From NCBI GenBank assembly GCA_965215885.1, contig CBDCEW010000080.1, forward strand, positions 1 to 64,000: 64,000 nt of DNA. Reading direction: 5' to 3'. How positions within the stretch are numbered: the stretch's first letter is position 1; each line of letters opens with the position of its first letter. The position numbers and the translations under genes were made by a program. The notes below the pieces were generated by a model. It saw only the letters and a list, made by a program, of their open reading frames with translations. It was not told where the DNA came from and did no database searches. The DNA is from Candidatus Moanibacter sp. (lineage in GTDB: Bacteria; Verrucomicrobiota; Verrucomicrobiia; Opitutales; UBA2987). Positions 51,588 through 61,302 of this stretch are shown here, one piece after another.

Positions 51588-52273
51588 ACCGCCATCGTCA
51601 AAGGGGAATCCGAATTCTCATTTCGATCCTTCTCCTCTGCTCTGAGCTGCCTCAGCAACTTACCAAATTCTTCATCAGCCGCGGGATCGCCATCCCGCAG
51701 CAGATCAGAAATCCGTGAATCCACGACTGCATTCCAAAATTCTCTGCGCAGCGCAAACGTCGGGAGTCTCTCCTTGACCAGGCCCCGCCTCTCTTCAATG
51801 AAATCCGCAAGAGCTTCCGAGCCTCCCGACAGGATCTCCTCCCGAATTCGATCCCTGAGGCGGACCGCCAGGGCAGGGCTCTTGCCAGCCGTCGAAACAG
51901 CGACTTGAACGGAACCGCTTCGCGCCACAGCAGGATAGATGAAGTTGCACCGCGGACCGTCGTCATGCACGTTCACAAGCCGATTCTCTCCATCGATCTG
52001 TTCAAATATCTGTTCATTGATCCCCCTATTCTCGAGAGTAGAGACTACGAGAAAAGCGCCCTTCCCATCCTTCGCCTGGTACTCTCGATCCAGCCACTCA
52101 ATCTGCGACTGCTCATTTAGGTGACGGATCTCGTTCTCAACCTGCGGCGCCACCACCTCAACCTCCGCACCTGCTTGAAGAAGTCCCTTCACTTTCGTCA
52201 CTGCGGTTGGTCCTCCTCCTACTACAAGGCAGCGCTTACCGGTGAGGTTTAAATATACGGGAAAGTAACTCAT
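51584..52273 (-). CDS. Precorrin-2 dehydrogenase/sirohydrochlorin ferrochelatase (CysG N-terminal/Met8-like)
   Basis: LVVGGG, VNVHD...CNFIYPA, VSTAGKSPALA. Confidence 0.92.
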   Translation of the reverse strand: MSYFPVYLNLTGKRCLVVGGGPTAVTKVKGLLQAGAEVEVVAPQVENEIRHLNEQSQIEWLDREYQAKDGKGAFLVVSTLENRGINEQIFEQIDGENRLVNVHDDGPRCNFIYPAVARSGSVQVAVSTAGKSPALAVRLRDRIREEILSGGSEALADFIEERRGLVKERLPTFALRREFWNAVVDSRISDLLRDGDPAADEEFGKLLRQLRAEEKDRNENSDSPLTMAV

Positions 52274-52290
52274 CGATGTTCTCGTCCTCC

Positions 52291-54153
52291 TCAGGCGAGG
52301 GTGACGGCGCGAATTTCTGTATTTTCATCTGTCTTTCGTTCCATCGAAGTCCGCAAAGGCTCGGGCTTCATCAGATCCGAAGTCACCGGATTTTCAGACA
52401 AAACGCTTATGATTCTCTCCAATCCAATCCTTCGGTGGAAGGCGCCCAGGTCCTCTCCGTCTCTCCGACCGGCCTCGTAGTATCTGAAAAGCTCCGCGAT
52501 TACAGCGGCCACTTTTTCACGTGGGATCTTCCTGAGGTAGAGCCTCCCGCCATCCTCAGAGATCAAGGGCACTCCTTGAAATCGGGCACTCTCCGCGCCC
52601 ATCAGTTTAAGTTGATAGGTATTGCGACCCGATCCGATGAGCCCGATCGATTTTGTAGCCGGTCGGAAACACTGACGCTCGCAACCGGTTACACCGATTG
52701 ACTCGGCCATTTCGCCCCATCCGAGCCGATCCAACTCATCAATCAGGACCGGCTCCATTTTCTCCGACTCGGTGTAGGACATCCGGCAGGTATCGAGACC
52801 TACGCATGCGCCTGAGAGGAGACGTAACCGAGAATAGGATTTTCCGTTCCTGCTTCCGAAACCAAATTCACGCAAGTCGGCTTGAAATTCTTCCCTGCAC
52901 TCGAGCGGAATCTCCGAGAAAATGAGATCCTGATTGGGCGTAAAGCGCAGATTGATCGGATACTTCTCCATGACGTATCCCACCATGCTCTTGAGGCGCC
53001 CGTTTGGGGATTCGTCGGTAATCTGTCCATTCTCGATGAAGGCGCCGAAATGCGTTGATCCGCTGGAAAGATGATCGAGCCAGCCATGGTGCAAGAATCG
53101 ATTTCCGAAGTCGTGCTCGGGATCCGGGTCCTCGAGGCGCAAACCGGTGAACTCTTCAACCTGCCGCCGGTACCAGGGTATTCCCATGGCCTTGACAACG
53201 TACTTCAGCCGGGCCCAGTGACGATTCTGCCGATCTCCCCACTCCTGATGGACCGCAACAATCGCATCCAGCACCGAAAGGAGATCCTGCTCACCAACTC
53301 GGGCAAAGGGTAGAGCATGGGCCGACATCGTCGGCTTCCCATTTTTCTCGCCCTGACCACCGCCGATATATACCTGAAACCCCTCCAGCCGTTCCTTTCT
53401 CACGATTGGAGCCACTCCCATATCGTTGGTCAGCAATTCCACACAATTGTCGGGCACGAGAGCCCAGCTCCGGGCGTCTCGTATCACCGCTGAAATGGCC
53501 ACTTTGAATTTTCGGTTCAGCAGAGCATGGCCATAATTGAAGGACTTGCCTTCCTCGCGCACCGCATTCGGATCGACCGCGAATATCTGCACAAATGGCG
53601 CTGCTGAGATCCGAAAATAATTGGCTAACTCCCTCGCCAGTTTATTGCCGTTGAAAACATCGGAGTAATCCGAAAGCGGACAGGCCATGATGTTGCGAAC
53701 GTTGTCGCCGCACCCATTCACGCTATAGAGCCCGCGTTCGGCCAGCAAACGCACGATCTCTATGAGGTGCTCCTTTCTCACCCAATGAAACTGGAGATTC
53801 TGGCGGGTAGTAATTCTCAGTGAAGGAGCAGTTCCCTCATGCCCGGTATACTTCTCAGAAAGTTCATCGAGCACCCGCCATTGCTCCCGGTCAATCGGTC
53901 CTCCCCCCGGAATGCTGATGCGAACCATGTAAATCCATTCCTTCTCCGAACCGGTTTTCGCCCGGTTAAACTCGAGGTAGATTCCATGCGATTTGGCCAA
54001 CTGCTCGGTCTCCCAGCAAACGTCCGGCGCATCGCTGCGAAAGTCCTCATAGAGATTCCCACGCATTCCCCGGGAAGCGGCCTTGTTCTTATCCTCGCGG
54101 CTGAATTCTTCCTCTGGGGTTAGGAAATTCGGATCAAAATAATTCTTCTTCAT
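52291..54153 (-). CDS. cysI: Sulfite reductase hemoprotein (siroheme/4Fe-4S)
   Basis: RITTRQNLQFH, CGDNVRN, RKFK, ACVGLDTC and TGCERQC cluster ligands. Confidence 0.9.
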   Translation of the reverse strand: MKKNYFDPNFLTPEEEFSREDKNKAASRGMRGNLYEDFRSDAPDVCWETEQLAKSHGIYLEFNRAKTGSEKEWIYMVRISIPGGGPIDREQWRVLDELSEKYTGHEGTAPSLRITTRQNLQFHWVRKEHLIEIVRLLAERGLYSVNGCGDNVRNIMACPLSDYSDVFNGNKLARELANYFRISAAPFVQIFAVDPNAVREEGKSFNYGHALLNRKFKVAISAVIRDARSWALVPDNCVELLTNDMGVAPIVRKERLEGFQVYIGGGQGEKNGKPTMSAHALPFARVGEQDLLSVLDAIVAVHQEWGDRQNRHWARLKYVVKAMGIPWYRRQVEEFTGLRLEDPDPEHDFGNRFLHHGWLDHLSSGSTHFGAFIENGQITDESPNGRLKSMVGYVMEKYPINLRFTPNQDLIFSEIPLECREEFQADLREFGFGSRNGKSYSRLRLLSGACVGLDTCRMSYTESEKMEPVLIDELDRLGWGEMAESIGVTGCERQCFRPATKSIGLIGSGRNTYQLKLMGAESARFQGVPLISEDGGRLYLRKIPREKVAAVIAELFRYYEAGRRDGEDLGAFHRRIGLERIISVLSENPVTSDLMKPEPLRTSMERKTDENTEIRAVTLA

Positions 54154-54237
54154 AGGTTCATACTGCGCTGACGTGTGCTTCTCTTTCCGATCTCTTCACT
54201 TCGATTCACAAATCCGCTTTCGAGCTCATCATTCCCA

Positions 54238-54383
54238 CTACCTCAGTGTGGCAAGGATGGCGTCGCGTCGCCTTCGCGCCTCCTCCAGAGATCTGGTTCC
54301 CAGAGTACGGCGGATCCGCTCCTTGGTGTGAGGCGTCGGGTGAATCGTGTAATGGATAAACCAGGTTCCATTGTTATTCCAAA
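54238..54383 (-). pseudogene. Small basic protein, 5'-truncated by IS66
   Basis: Manual translation WNNNGTWFIHYTIHPTPHTKERIRRTLGTRSLEEARRRRDAILATLR*; not in the ORF track. Confidence 0.7.
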
Positions 54384-54442
54384 GTAAGCGACCGGGCAAC
54401 GACCTTGTAGCGCAAAGATGCCGACCGTGATATGATTATGGG

Positions 54443-54808
54443 ATGGGAGAAAAAACGAGAGGGCGGACACGGTCGAAGCGAATCGTTCGACGAAGTCGGC
54501 AGGAGCGCAGGCGACTGATAAGCGCATACCGTCGCAGCAATCAGACGCAGAGGGCGTTTGCCCAGCGGCACGGTATCAAGTATATGACCTTTATGGGATG
54601 GCTGCGCAAGGACCGGGCCGGGCACAGAAGCAGCGGGGTAAAATCGGCGGGGGCGCGGTTTGCCGAAGTTACGGTGCAGAGCAGCGCGGTCACGGAGGAT
54701 CGGATCGAGATCGTCTTAGGGGACCCGATACGGGTGGAGGTGGACTGCGGTGTTGCGGTGGAACAAGTGGCGAGTCTGGTGAAGGCGTTGAGGGAATCGG
54801 GATGCTGA
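54443..54808 (+). CDS. tnpA: IS66 accessory protein TnpA
   Basis: SNQTQRAFAQRHGI..TFMGW HTH, FAEV, IEIVL. Confidence 0.88.
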   Translation: MGEKTRGRTRSKRIVRRSRQERRRLISAYRRSNQTQRAFAQRHGIKYMTFMGWLRKDRAGHRSSGVKSAGARFAEVTVQSSAVTEDRIEIVLGDPIRVEVDCGVAVEQVASLVKALRESGC

Positions 54809-55152
54809 GCTTACCGGGAACGATGAAGGTTTTCCTGGCCGTGGGAGTAACGGATCTGCGAAAGAGCTTTAATGGTCTCTACGCCCTGGCGGCCAATCAG
54901 CTCAAGGAAGACCCGTTGAGCGGAGCGGTCTTTGTCTTCTGCAATCGCAGCCGGGACCGGGTCAAGATTCTGTATTGGGACGGCACGGGGTTATGGGTTT
55001 TCGCAAAGCGATTAGAGAAGGGTCGGTTCAGCTGGCCGCAGGGAGTGGACTTGAAAGATCAGAAGCTTCCATTGCGCCCTGAAGCGTTGAGCATGCTCTT
55101 GAACGGGATCGACCTGAGGGAGGGGAAGATGCGGCCCTGGTATCAGCGTTAG
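54802..55152 (+). CDS. tnpB: IS66 accessory protein TnpB
   Basis: TDLRKSFNGL, FVFCNR, KILYWDGTG, KRLEKGRF. Confidence 0.95.
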   Translation: MLSLPGTMKVFLAVGVTDLRKSFNGLYALAANQLKEDPLSGAVFVFCNRSRDRVKILYWDGTGLWVFAKRLEKGRFSWPQGVDLKDQKLPLRPEALSMLLNGIDLREGKMRPWYQR

Positions 55153-55219
55153 GTCAAAAAAAGTGATTTTTTTGAAAAAGTATTGCTTTTCTTATTACCG
55201 TTAGTTTAGTATTGTTTTC

Positions 55220-56722
55220 ATGCCTGAAGTCGAGGTTTTGCAAACAGAGCTGGAGCAACTCCGAGAGGAGAATCGGCTTTTACGTCAGAAGATCGGCTGG
55301 CTCATTAAGCGCTACTTTGGAGGCAACCAAAGCGAGCGGATCGATCCGGGACAGCTGGAATTGCTCCTGGCCGGGCTGGAGCAGGCCGAGGAAAACAAAC
55401 CCGCTGAGCAAACGGCAGAGCCACCACCCGAGCCGAAGGCGCGCAAAGGAGCTGGGGCGAGGCGACAGCGTCTGCCCGAGCACCTGGAAGTCGAAGAGAT
55501 CGTAATCGAACCCGAAGCGGTGAAGGTTGAACCGCAAAAGTGGCGGTTGATCGGTGAGGAAGTCACTGAAGAGTTAGATTTGCTCCCGGCCCGATTTATC
55601 AGGCGGCGCTATATACGGCGCAAATATGTATCTCGCGAAAAGCCCCAGGAACCTCCCGTGCTGGCGCCATTACCATCGCGGCTGATTGAAAAAGGGATCC
55701 CTGGAGTGGGGCTTTTGGTGCACATATTACTGAGCAAATACGTCGATCACCTGCCGTTGTATCGGCAGGAGAAGATTTTCCGGGAACGCTACGGAGTAAG
55801 GGTGGCGCGCCAGAGCATGCTCGATTGGATCCACCAGGTAGCGCAATGGCTAAAACCCATCTACAACTACATGTGCTTACAATTGTTCGAGGGCGGTTAC
55901 ATCCAGGCGGACGAAACGCCCATCCGCTACCTGGATCCGGACGCAGGCAAGAAAGAGGGCTGCAGGAAAGGATACCTGTGGGTCTACGGGCGACCCGGCG
56001 GCGAGGTGCTCTACGACTGGCACACAGGCCGTGGGGTAAAATGTCTCGAGCAGTTCCTCAACGGATACGAAGGGTTGCTCCAACCCGACGGTTACGCAGC
56101 CTATGGCAGTTTCGCCCGGGAGCATAACGGGATTACCCTGTTTGGGTGCTGGGCACACCTGCGACGCAAATTTGTGGAGGCGATGGATGAGAATCCGAAG
56201 CTGGCCGGCTGGGTGGTGCGGCAGATCCACAATCTCTACAGAGACGAGCGCCATCTGCGCGAACAGCGGGCCGGTCCCGCCTTGCGCGAAGCCTACCGGA
56301 AAAGCCATGGTCGGATGATCGTGGAACGCTTGGGCAAAGCCTTGCCTATACTCAAACGGCGGGCCTTGCCGCGGAGCAAAATGGGTGAAGCCGTTGAGTA
56401 TGCTCTGAACCAGTGGGAATCACTCAAGCGCTACCTCGAGCATGGCAAGGTTGAAATCGACAATAACCTCATTGAGAATGCTATCCGGCCGACCGCCCTG
56501 GGAAAGAAAAACTGGATGTTCATCGGCCACCCCAAGGCCGGTTGGAGAAGCGCCGTAATTTACTCGATCATTGAGAGTTGCCGGCGGCACGCAATTGAAC
56601 CATCCGCTTACCTCACTGACGTCCTCAAAAGATTGCCGGACATGAACATCACCGAGATCGCCGAACTCGCTCCGGCGAATTGGAAGCCGACCCGAACAGG
56701 CGAACCGCTCGCAGCCTCTTGA
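55220..56722 (+). CDS. tnpC: IS66 transposase TnpC
   Basis: KYVDHLPLYRQ, ADET, DGY, CWAHLRRKF, DNNLIENAIR. Confidence 0.96.
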   Translation: MPEVEVLQTELEQLREENRLLRQKIGWLIKRYFGGNQSERIDPGQLELLLAGLEQAEENKPAEQTAEPPPEPKARKGAGARRQRLPEHLEVEEIVIEPEAVKVEPQKWRLIGEEVTEELDLLPARFIRRRYIRRKYVSREKPQEPPVLAPLPSRLIEKGIPGVGLLVHILLSKYVDHLPLYRQEKIFRERYGVRVARQSMLDWIHQVAQWLKPIYNYMCLQLFEGGYIQADETPIRYLDPDAGKKEGCRKGYLWVYGRPGGEVLYDWHTGRGVKCLEQFLNGYEGLLQPDGYAAYGSFAREHNGITLFGCWAHLRRKFVEAMDENPKLAGWVVRQIHNLYRDERHLREQRAGPALREAYRKSHGRMIVERLGKALPILKRRALPRSKMGEAVEYALNQWESLKRYLEHGKVEIDNNLIENAIRPTALGKKNWMFIGHPKAGWRSAVIYSIIESCRRHAIEPSAYLTDVLKRLPDMNITEIAELAPANWKPTRTGEPLAAS

Positions 56723-56786
56723 ACCCGGACACTGCCAGGATCCTCGCGCATGCCGCGATCCATAGGGCAGTTCACCGGTCGTTTAC

Positions 56787-57508
56787 GTTCAGTCGCTGGA
56801 TTCAGGAGAATGACTTCAAATACCTCGATAAGCACTTTGGGATTAATCAGATCACCTCTTATCGCACCGTCCACTACAAGCGATTAGCCCAACACCTTGA
56901 GGACAAGCAGGAGAAAAGCGGTGCCGCCAAAGCCCTCCTGAAGCAAAAACAGCAATGCACCGAAGAATTGAAAAGACTGCTCCTGGCCGAGCATGCCCAC
57001 CCGGGCAAAAGCGCCTCAAGGGGCGAAAAGATCCGTCGACTCGATCAGGCCCTCAAAGCCCTCCAACTCGAACTGGAGCAAATCGACACCGAATGCTCGA
57101 GGCTGCAGCGCCTCATTGATGAAAACTATGTCCGCCTGGACACCGCTAACAAGTCCCTCATGGATGCCTTGAAAATCTTCGCCCGTAACAGCTTCTACAA
57201 GCAGCTCGAACCCTTTAAAGCTCGCTACAACAACTATCGTGACGACCACGATCTGTTTCGCAATTTGACTCACAGTGACGGCGTTCTTATAGAGAGGGGC
57301 TGTGCGGTCGAAGCGCATTTATTCCCCACCGCAACTTATCCCCCTCGGGTGCAGGCGGTGGTGCTTGAGTATCTGCAAACTCTCAATCAGAAGCCCTTAC
57401 TGATGCCCGACGGTTCAGGCCGAAGAATCATCTTCCGACTGGGCAAAAAATCGGGATTTAAACTTGCGATTGCATAGTGCCTTTAGAGGGGCAATATAGT
57501 GAGGTCTG
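56787..57508 (+). pseudogene. 3' fragment and right end of the 741-aa transposase element
   Basis: Appears identical to 49004-49725; begins exactly at the IS66 right end. Confidence 0.92.
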
Positions 57509-57584
57509 AAGTTTAGTGTGTCATAAGAATGACCCCGATAGGAATCCGTCGGACTTTGTGTCCGTCAGGCTCCCAGGCGGCAAT

Positions 57585-57929
57585 TTAACAGGTACCGGCC
57601 CCTTCCTTTCCAGGTAAGACTTCGATATCCTCTATCGTGATGAGTCTCTCCGGGACCATTTCGCGAATCTTCGGAAGAACAAAATCGATTTTTTCCCTGG
57701 AATCGACGAATTGCACGACCAGCGGTAGCTTTCCAGTCGTGTCAACTAACGAAATCGTATGAATTCCGGCGCCGGCCGTAAAACCTGCGATCGCCCGAAG
57801 TACTGTTCCCCCTGACAGCCCTTCTCGTTCAAGCAGCTTGAGGATCTCCAGATGCATCGGTCTGCTGTGCCATTTGTCGCCCTCGTTTACGTAGACGCAG
57901 ACTCTCTTTTGCTGTCCAATCCCCATCAT
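57585..57929 (-). CDS. DUF190 (PII-like) protein
   Basis: YVNEGDKW...GGTVLRAIAGF...LPLVVQFVDS; the usual crcB partner. Confidence 0.9.
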   Translation of the reverse strand: MMGIGQQKRVCVYVNEGDKWHSRPMHLEILKLLEREGLSGGTVLRAIAGFTAGAGIHTISLVDTTGKLPLVVQFVDSREKIDFVLPKIREMVPERLITIEDIEVLPGKEGAGTC

Positions 57930-58318
57930 ACTCCTCTGACAACGGCATAGAGCCAATTAACCAGGACGATACCCGCGACGACTGCCAGGAATGAGAGCAG
58001 ATTATTTGCGAGGAAATTCTCTATCGCCAGTTTGTAATTATTCTCCCGAATAAGGCCAACCGTTTGCCAGGAGTAGGAGGACACAGTTGTGTAAGCGCCG
58101 CAAAAGCCTATCGCTACAAGATGCTTGTAGGGATATTCGCCAATCAGGCCGTTGGCAATCATGGTATAGAATGCGCCGATAAGAAGACTTCCCGTCACAT
58201 TGACGGTCAAGGTGCCCCATGCGAAAGAGGGGTCGATACTCTCCATCCAGTTCGACACGAGATTGCGCGCAATCGCGCCAACGAACGCCCCAATTCCAAT
58301 CAGAATGGATTCTTTCAT
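57926..58318 (-). CDS. crcB: Fluoride efflux channel FluC/CrcB
   Basis: GAIAR, WGTLTVNVTGS, GFCGAYTTVSSY. Confidence 0.93.
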   Translation of the reverse strand: MKESILIGIGAFVGAIARNLVSNWMESIDPSFAWGTLTVNVTGSLLIGAFYTMIANGLIGEYPYKHLVAIGFCGAYTTVSSYSWQTVGLIRENNYKLAIENFLANNLLSFLAVVAGIVLVNWLYAVVRGV

Positions 58319-58337
58319 TCGTGCTTTCTTACCGGAA

Positions 58338-58748
58338 TCATATATCGCTTAGACTGAGATGATCCCAAATCCGCAGTCCCCCGATCTGCCGAAAATGGTT
58401 GTCGAATGTCACCAGGACACTGCCCAACTCAAGACACGAAGCGGCGATCCATACATCATTTATCGGTATCGGCCTGCCCTTCCTCTTCAATTGATCTTTG
58501 ACGTTTCCAAATAGTTCGGCCGTATCTTCAGTCGGCCGGTGGAGAGAAACTGTCGGTTTAGTCAGAAACTTCCGTAGGTCCATACGATTCTCTTGCTCTC
58601 GCACTCCTCCCTTGAATCCGAAATACAACTCGCCAAGGACGAAGAGCGGCATGAACACCTCTTCCGCTCCTGCCAAGGCGTCCAATACGCGACTGTCGCC
58701 CACTCGGTAGGCGGAATATGCGTTCGTATCCAGGACAATCCGGAGCAT
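58338..58748 (-). CDS. vapC: PIN-domain toxin VapC
   Basis: LDTNAY, LGELYFG, PINDVWIAA, TFDNHF. Confidence 0.93.
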   Translation of the reverse strand: MLRIVLDTNAYSAYRVGDSRVLDALAGAEEVFMPLFVLGELYFGFKGGVREQENRMDLRKFLTKPTVSLHRPTEDTAELFGNVKDQLKRKGRPIPINDVWIAASCLELGSVLVTFDNHFRQIGGLRIWDHLSLSDI

Positions 58749-58763
58749 GCGAAACCAAATGTT

Positions 58764-59027
58764 TCAGACGGTCTTCCAATCCGCCTCGTCAACTTGCTCC
58801 AGCTCAGAAACTCGATCATTGAAATCAGACGCCTCTTTCTCGGTCCACGTCCCATACTGATCGAGAAATTCCTCCCTATGGTCCACTGGCGCCCTTGGCT
58901 TCAACCCCAAAGATGAACGGAGCAAGCTCTTTACTGTTCGGTTCAGCGAGGTCCCAGCTTGGCGTGCCTTACTGCTCAGCACTCTCGCCAGCTCGTCATC
59001 GATCTTGTGAATTGTGATTGATTTCAT
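58764..59027 (-). CDS. Ribbon-helix-helix antitoxin (FitA/VapB-like)
   Basis: MKSITIHKIDDEL...KARQAGTSLN; directly upstream of vapC. Confidence 0.85.
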   Translation of the reverse strand: MKSITIHKIDDELARVLSSKARQAGTSLNRTVKSLLRSSLGLKPRAPVDHREEFLDQYGTWTEKEASDFNDRVSELEQVDEADWKTV

Positions 59028-59032
59028 AGTTC

Positions 59033-59061
59033 ATTATGGTTCAAGAAATGAACCATGTCAA
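59033..59061 (-). promoter_or_regulatory. Sigma70 promoter with palindromic operator for the vapBC operon
   Basis: TTGACA-17 bp-CATAAT, 5 nt before the ATG, overlapped by the palindrome ATGGTTCA-N5-TGAACCAT. Confidence 0.85.
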
Positions 59062-59101
59062 GTGGGTAACCAATCGAATAATCACCTCTGCGATCGCTCT
59101 C

Positions 59102-59455
59102 CTACGATGCTGCTAGCCGTTTCTGCATCTCCAGCAAACACAGATCGGCCAGATCACTGCCCAGGGGGTCGTCTATTTCCAGGGCATAGCGTTTGAGTAA
59201 TTGAGCCAATTCGGCAATGACTTCCGTGTATGGCGGGAAATGAAGATACTCGTTCTGCCCGTTCTTCCGGGGCGTCTCGTAGACGTTCAATTCCTCTTCG
59301 GGATCGTTGACTAAATGGTACAACTCATGGTCGCCCGTATAGTTGCGCAAACCTCTGACCGGCCGAGTCAAGATTAGTTTCCATTCACTGGTGCGAATAC
59401 AACGCTGATCGATGGGAGTATCGCGAGTTATGTTCTCAGTGTAGTAGGCAATCAC
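59102..59455 (-). pseudogene. C-terminal fragment of a sulfatase-like protein
   Basis: RCIRTSEWKLI...ELYHLVNDPEEELN; catalytic domain absent. Confidence 0.7.
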
Positions 59456-61083
59456 TTTCTGACCAGCCCCGCTGCGTGGCGGTGGGTCTCCGGGTCGCCA
59501 GCAGCATAGAACACTCCACTATCTTGATCGATAGTGAGCATGACGGGTGAAGCAATCGGAGATGCCTTTACGTCGCGCTTGTGTCCACGCCGGGAAAGCT
59601 CTTCCTGTACACTGTCGCTCACCCGATCGCTGATCGTCAACGACCCTGGCCCTATGAAAGTTTGCATGCGGGCGTGATTGGGATCGAACGAGTCCTGGTG
59701 ATGTGCAGTGGCGAAGCGTGGCGCGGTTACGGCTGCTTCAGGGAGCATGTCAAACTCGATTACATCGAGAAGCAGATTCAGTGTCACCTGATCCTGTAGG
59801 TCACCACCGGCGACACTGATCGCCATGATGGGTTTGCCATCTTTAAGAACCAGCGTAGGAGTAAGCGTGATACGGGGACGTTTCCCAGGCTGAATACAGT
59901 TCGGATGTCCCGGAGTCGTGTTGAGACTGCGCAGGCGATTGCCAAAGGTAACGCCGGCTTTACCACCATCGCGTGGCTCTTTTGGGACATTGGCACTGGG
60001 CGTGGCTGAAACCACATTACCCCAGCGGTCCGCCACCACACAAGTCGTTGTACCTCCCACCCCAGGTCGAAGGACACCACGACCCTTAAGCGGTTTCATC
60101 TCGTATGGATCCCCTGGGCGAGCTTCCATCGATGCCATTTGCATGTCGATCAACGGGCAGCGGATTTCGGTGTAGGCATCAGAGAGCAGAGCTTGCAACG
60201 GGACGTCAACAAAGTCTGGATCGCCGTAATACTCATCACGATCCGCCATGGCCAGCTTGAGGGCTTCTGTAACAACATGTATGTAGTCAGCCGAGAGATG
60301 ACCCATGGCCCTCAGGTCAAAGCCCTCCAACAACCTCAGAGCCTGGCAGAGAAAGGGGCCTTGAGTCCAGGGACCGCACTTACAGATCGTATATCCTCGG
60401 TACTCCACCGTTACCGGATCTTCGATCATGGTTCCGTGGGCAGCAAGATCGGTTTTGCGGAGGAAGCCACCTTTTTCGATGTAATAAGCTTCCAGGTCAT
60501 CTGCGATATCGTTCCTATATTTGTTTCGTCCGTAGAAACGGTCGACTGCCGCTTGGAGTTTCTCTTCACGGCTTCCGGGAGCAAGGTGCTCTTCTTCAAC
60601 CATTCTGCGAAGGGTGACCGCGAGTTTCGGATGCCAAACTTCCGTTTCCGCATCCAGGAGAGCAAGGGTGGGTGCCACGGCATCTTTCAGCGTCCGTGTG
60701 CCATAACGCTGGAGCGTGGTGATGCACAAGTCTACAACTGAGGGAACAGGGGCCATCTTGATGTCTCCCTCGCCAGGGATTCCGTGCTTCATGTACCAAT
60801 CGACTGCTTCCTGCGATAGCGGCGCACGCCCTTGACCACTGAGTGCTTTCACCTCTTTATGCTGCGCGTCATAAATGAGAAGTGGAACCTCTCCTCCAAT
60901 AGAGCATGCGCCGTGATCTGTAACATTGAGAGCAAAGATTGTGGCAACGGCAGCATCTGCGGCGTTTCCACCATCATCCAGTATCCTAATCCCTGCGGCG
61001 ACTGCGTCGGCGCTGCCTGCGGCAACGACACCCGTAGTGCTGGTCCCCTTCCACCCTATCTGCTGTTTACTTGTGGTGGACAT
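59452..61083 (-). CDS. ggt: Gamma-glutamyltransferase family (Ntn hydrolase)
   Basis: GGNAADAA, SIGGE, LAMADR, TTTCVVADRWGN nucleophile, PGKRP, GGDLQ. Confidence 0.93.
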   Translation of the reverse strand: MSTTSKQQIGWKGTSTTGVVAAGSADAVAAGIRILDDGGNAADAAVATIFALNVTDHGACSIGGEVPLLIYDAQHKEVKALSGQGRAPLSQEAVDWYMKHGIPGEGDIKMAPVPSVVDLCITTLQRYGTRTLKDAVAPTLALLDAETEVWHPKLAVTLRRMVEEEHLAPGSREEKLQAAVDRFYGRNKYRNDIADDLEAYYIEKGGFLRKTDLAAHGTMIEDPVTVEYRGYTICKCGPWTQGPFLCQALRLLEGFDLRAMGHLSADYIHVVTEALKLAMADRDEYYGDPDFVDVPLQALLSDAYTEIRCPLIDMQMASMEARPGDPYEMKPLKGRGVLRPGVGGTTTCVVADRWGNVVSATPSANVPKEPRDGGKAGVTFGNRLRSLNTTPGHPNCIQPGKRPRITLTPTLVLKDGKPIMAISVAGGDLQDQVTLNLLLDVIEFDMLPEAAVTAPRFATAHHQDSFDPNHARMQTFIGPGSLTISDRVSDSVQEELSRRGHKRDVKASPIASPVMLTIDQDSGVFYAAGDPETHRHAAGLVRK

Positions 61084-61302
61084 TCCTGTTTAGAGTCCCC
61101 ATTCGTTTCCAGGCTCCGGTTGCTGATCAATTCTACCGCGCGGAAGCGTTCCAGATGGCTCTTGGTTTGCCGGTAGGCTGGATCTGATCGTTACCCTTAG
61201 CCGTAGCAAGGGAACGCATGTGCGCCGTCAGCCGTTACCTGCCGCGATTTCTTGGCTGAAGCATCTATTTGCGAGTTCTTCATTCGTTTGAGGCGATTCC
61301 AG

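Larger units (their letters stand above)
54384..56786 (+). mobile_element. IS66-family element
   Basis: Termini GTAAGCGACCGGGCAAC and GTTCACCGGTCGTTTAC; tnpA-tnpB-tnpC; no 8-bp TSD. Confidence 0.93.

Noticed and set aside
56680..57477. Independent 265-aa gene
   Set aside because: It is a chimera of IS66 end sequence read into the truncated transposase copy.
47352..57508. Composite transposon carrying the sulfite reductase operon
   Set aside because: The AGGTT duplication brackets the first copy alone, and the second copy is a fragment, so there is no evidence the whole span moved together.
58319..58337. Fluoride riboswitch before crcB
   Set aside because: The gap is only 19 nt and no GGCGATGG-type motif was seen.
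61185..61245. Third attC site
   Set aside because: AAC/GTT triplets are present, but the spacing is too short and no convincing hairpin was found.
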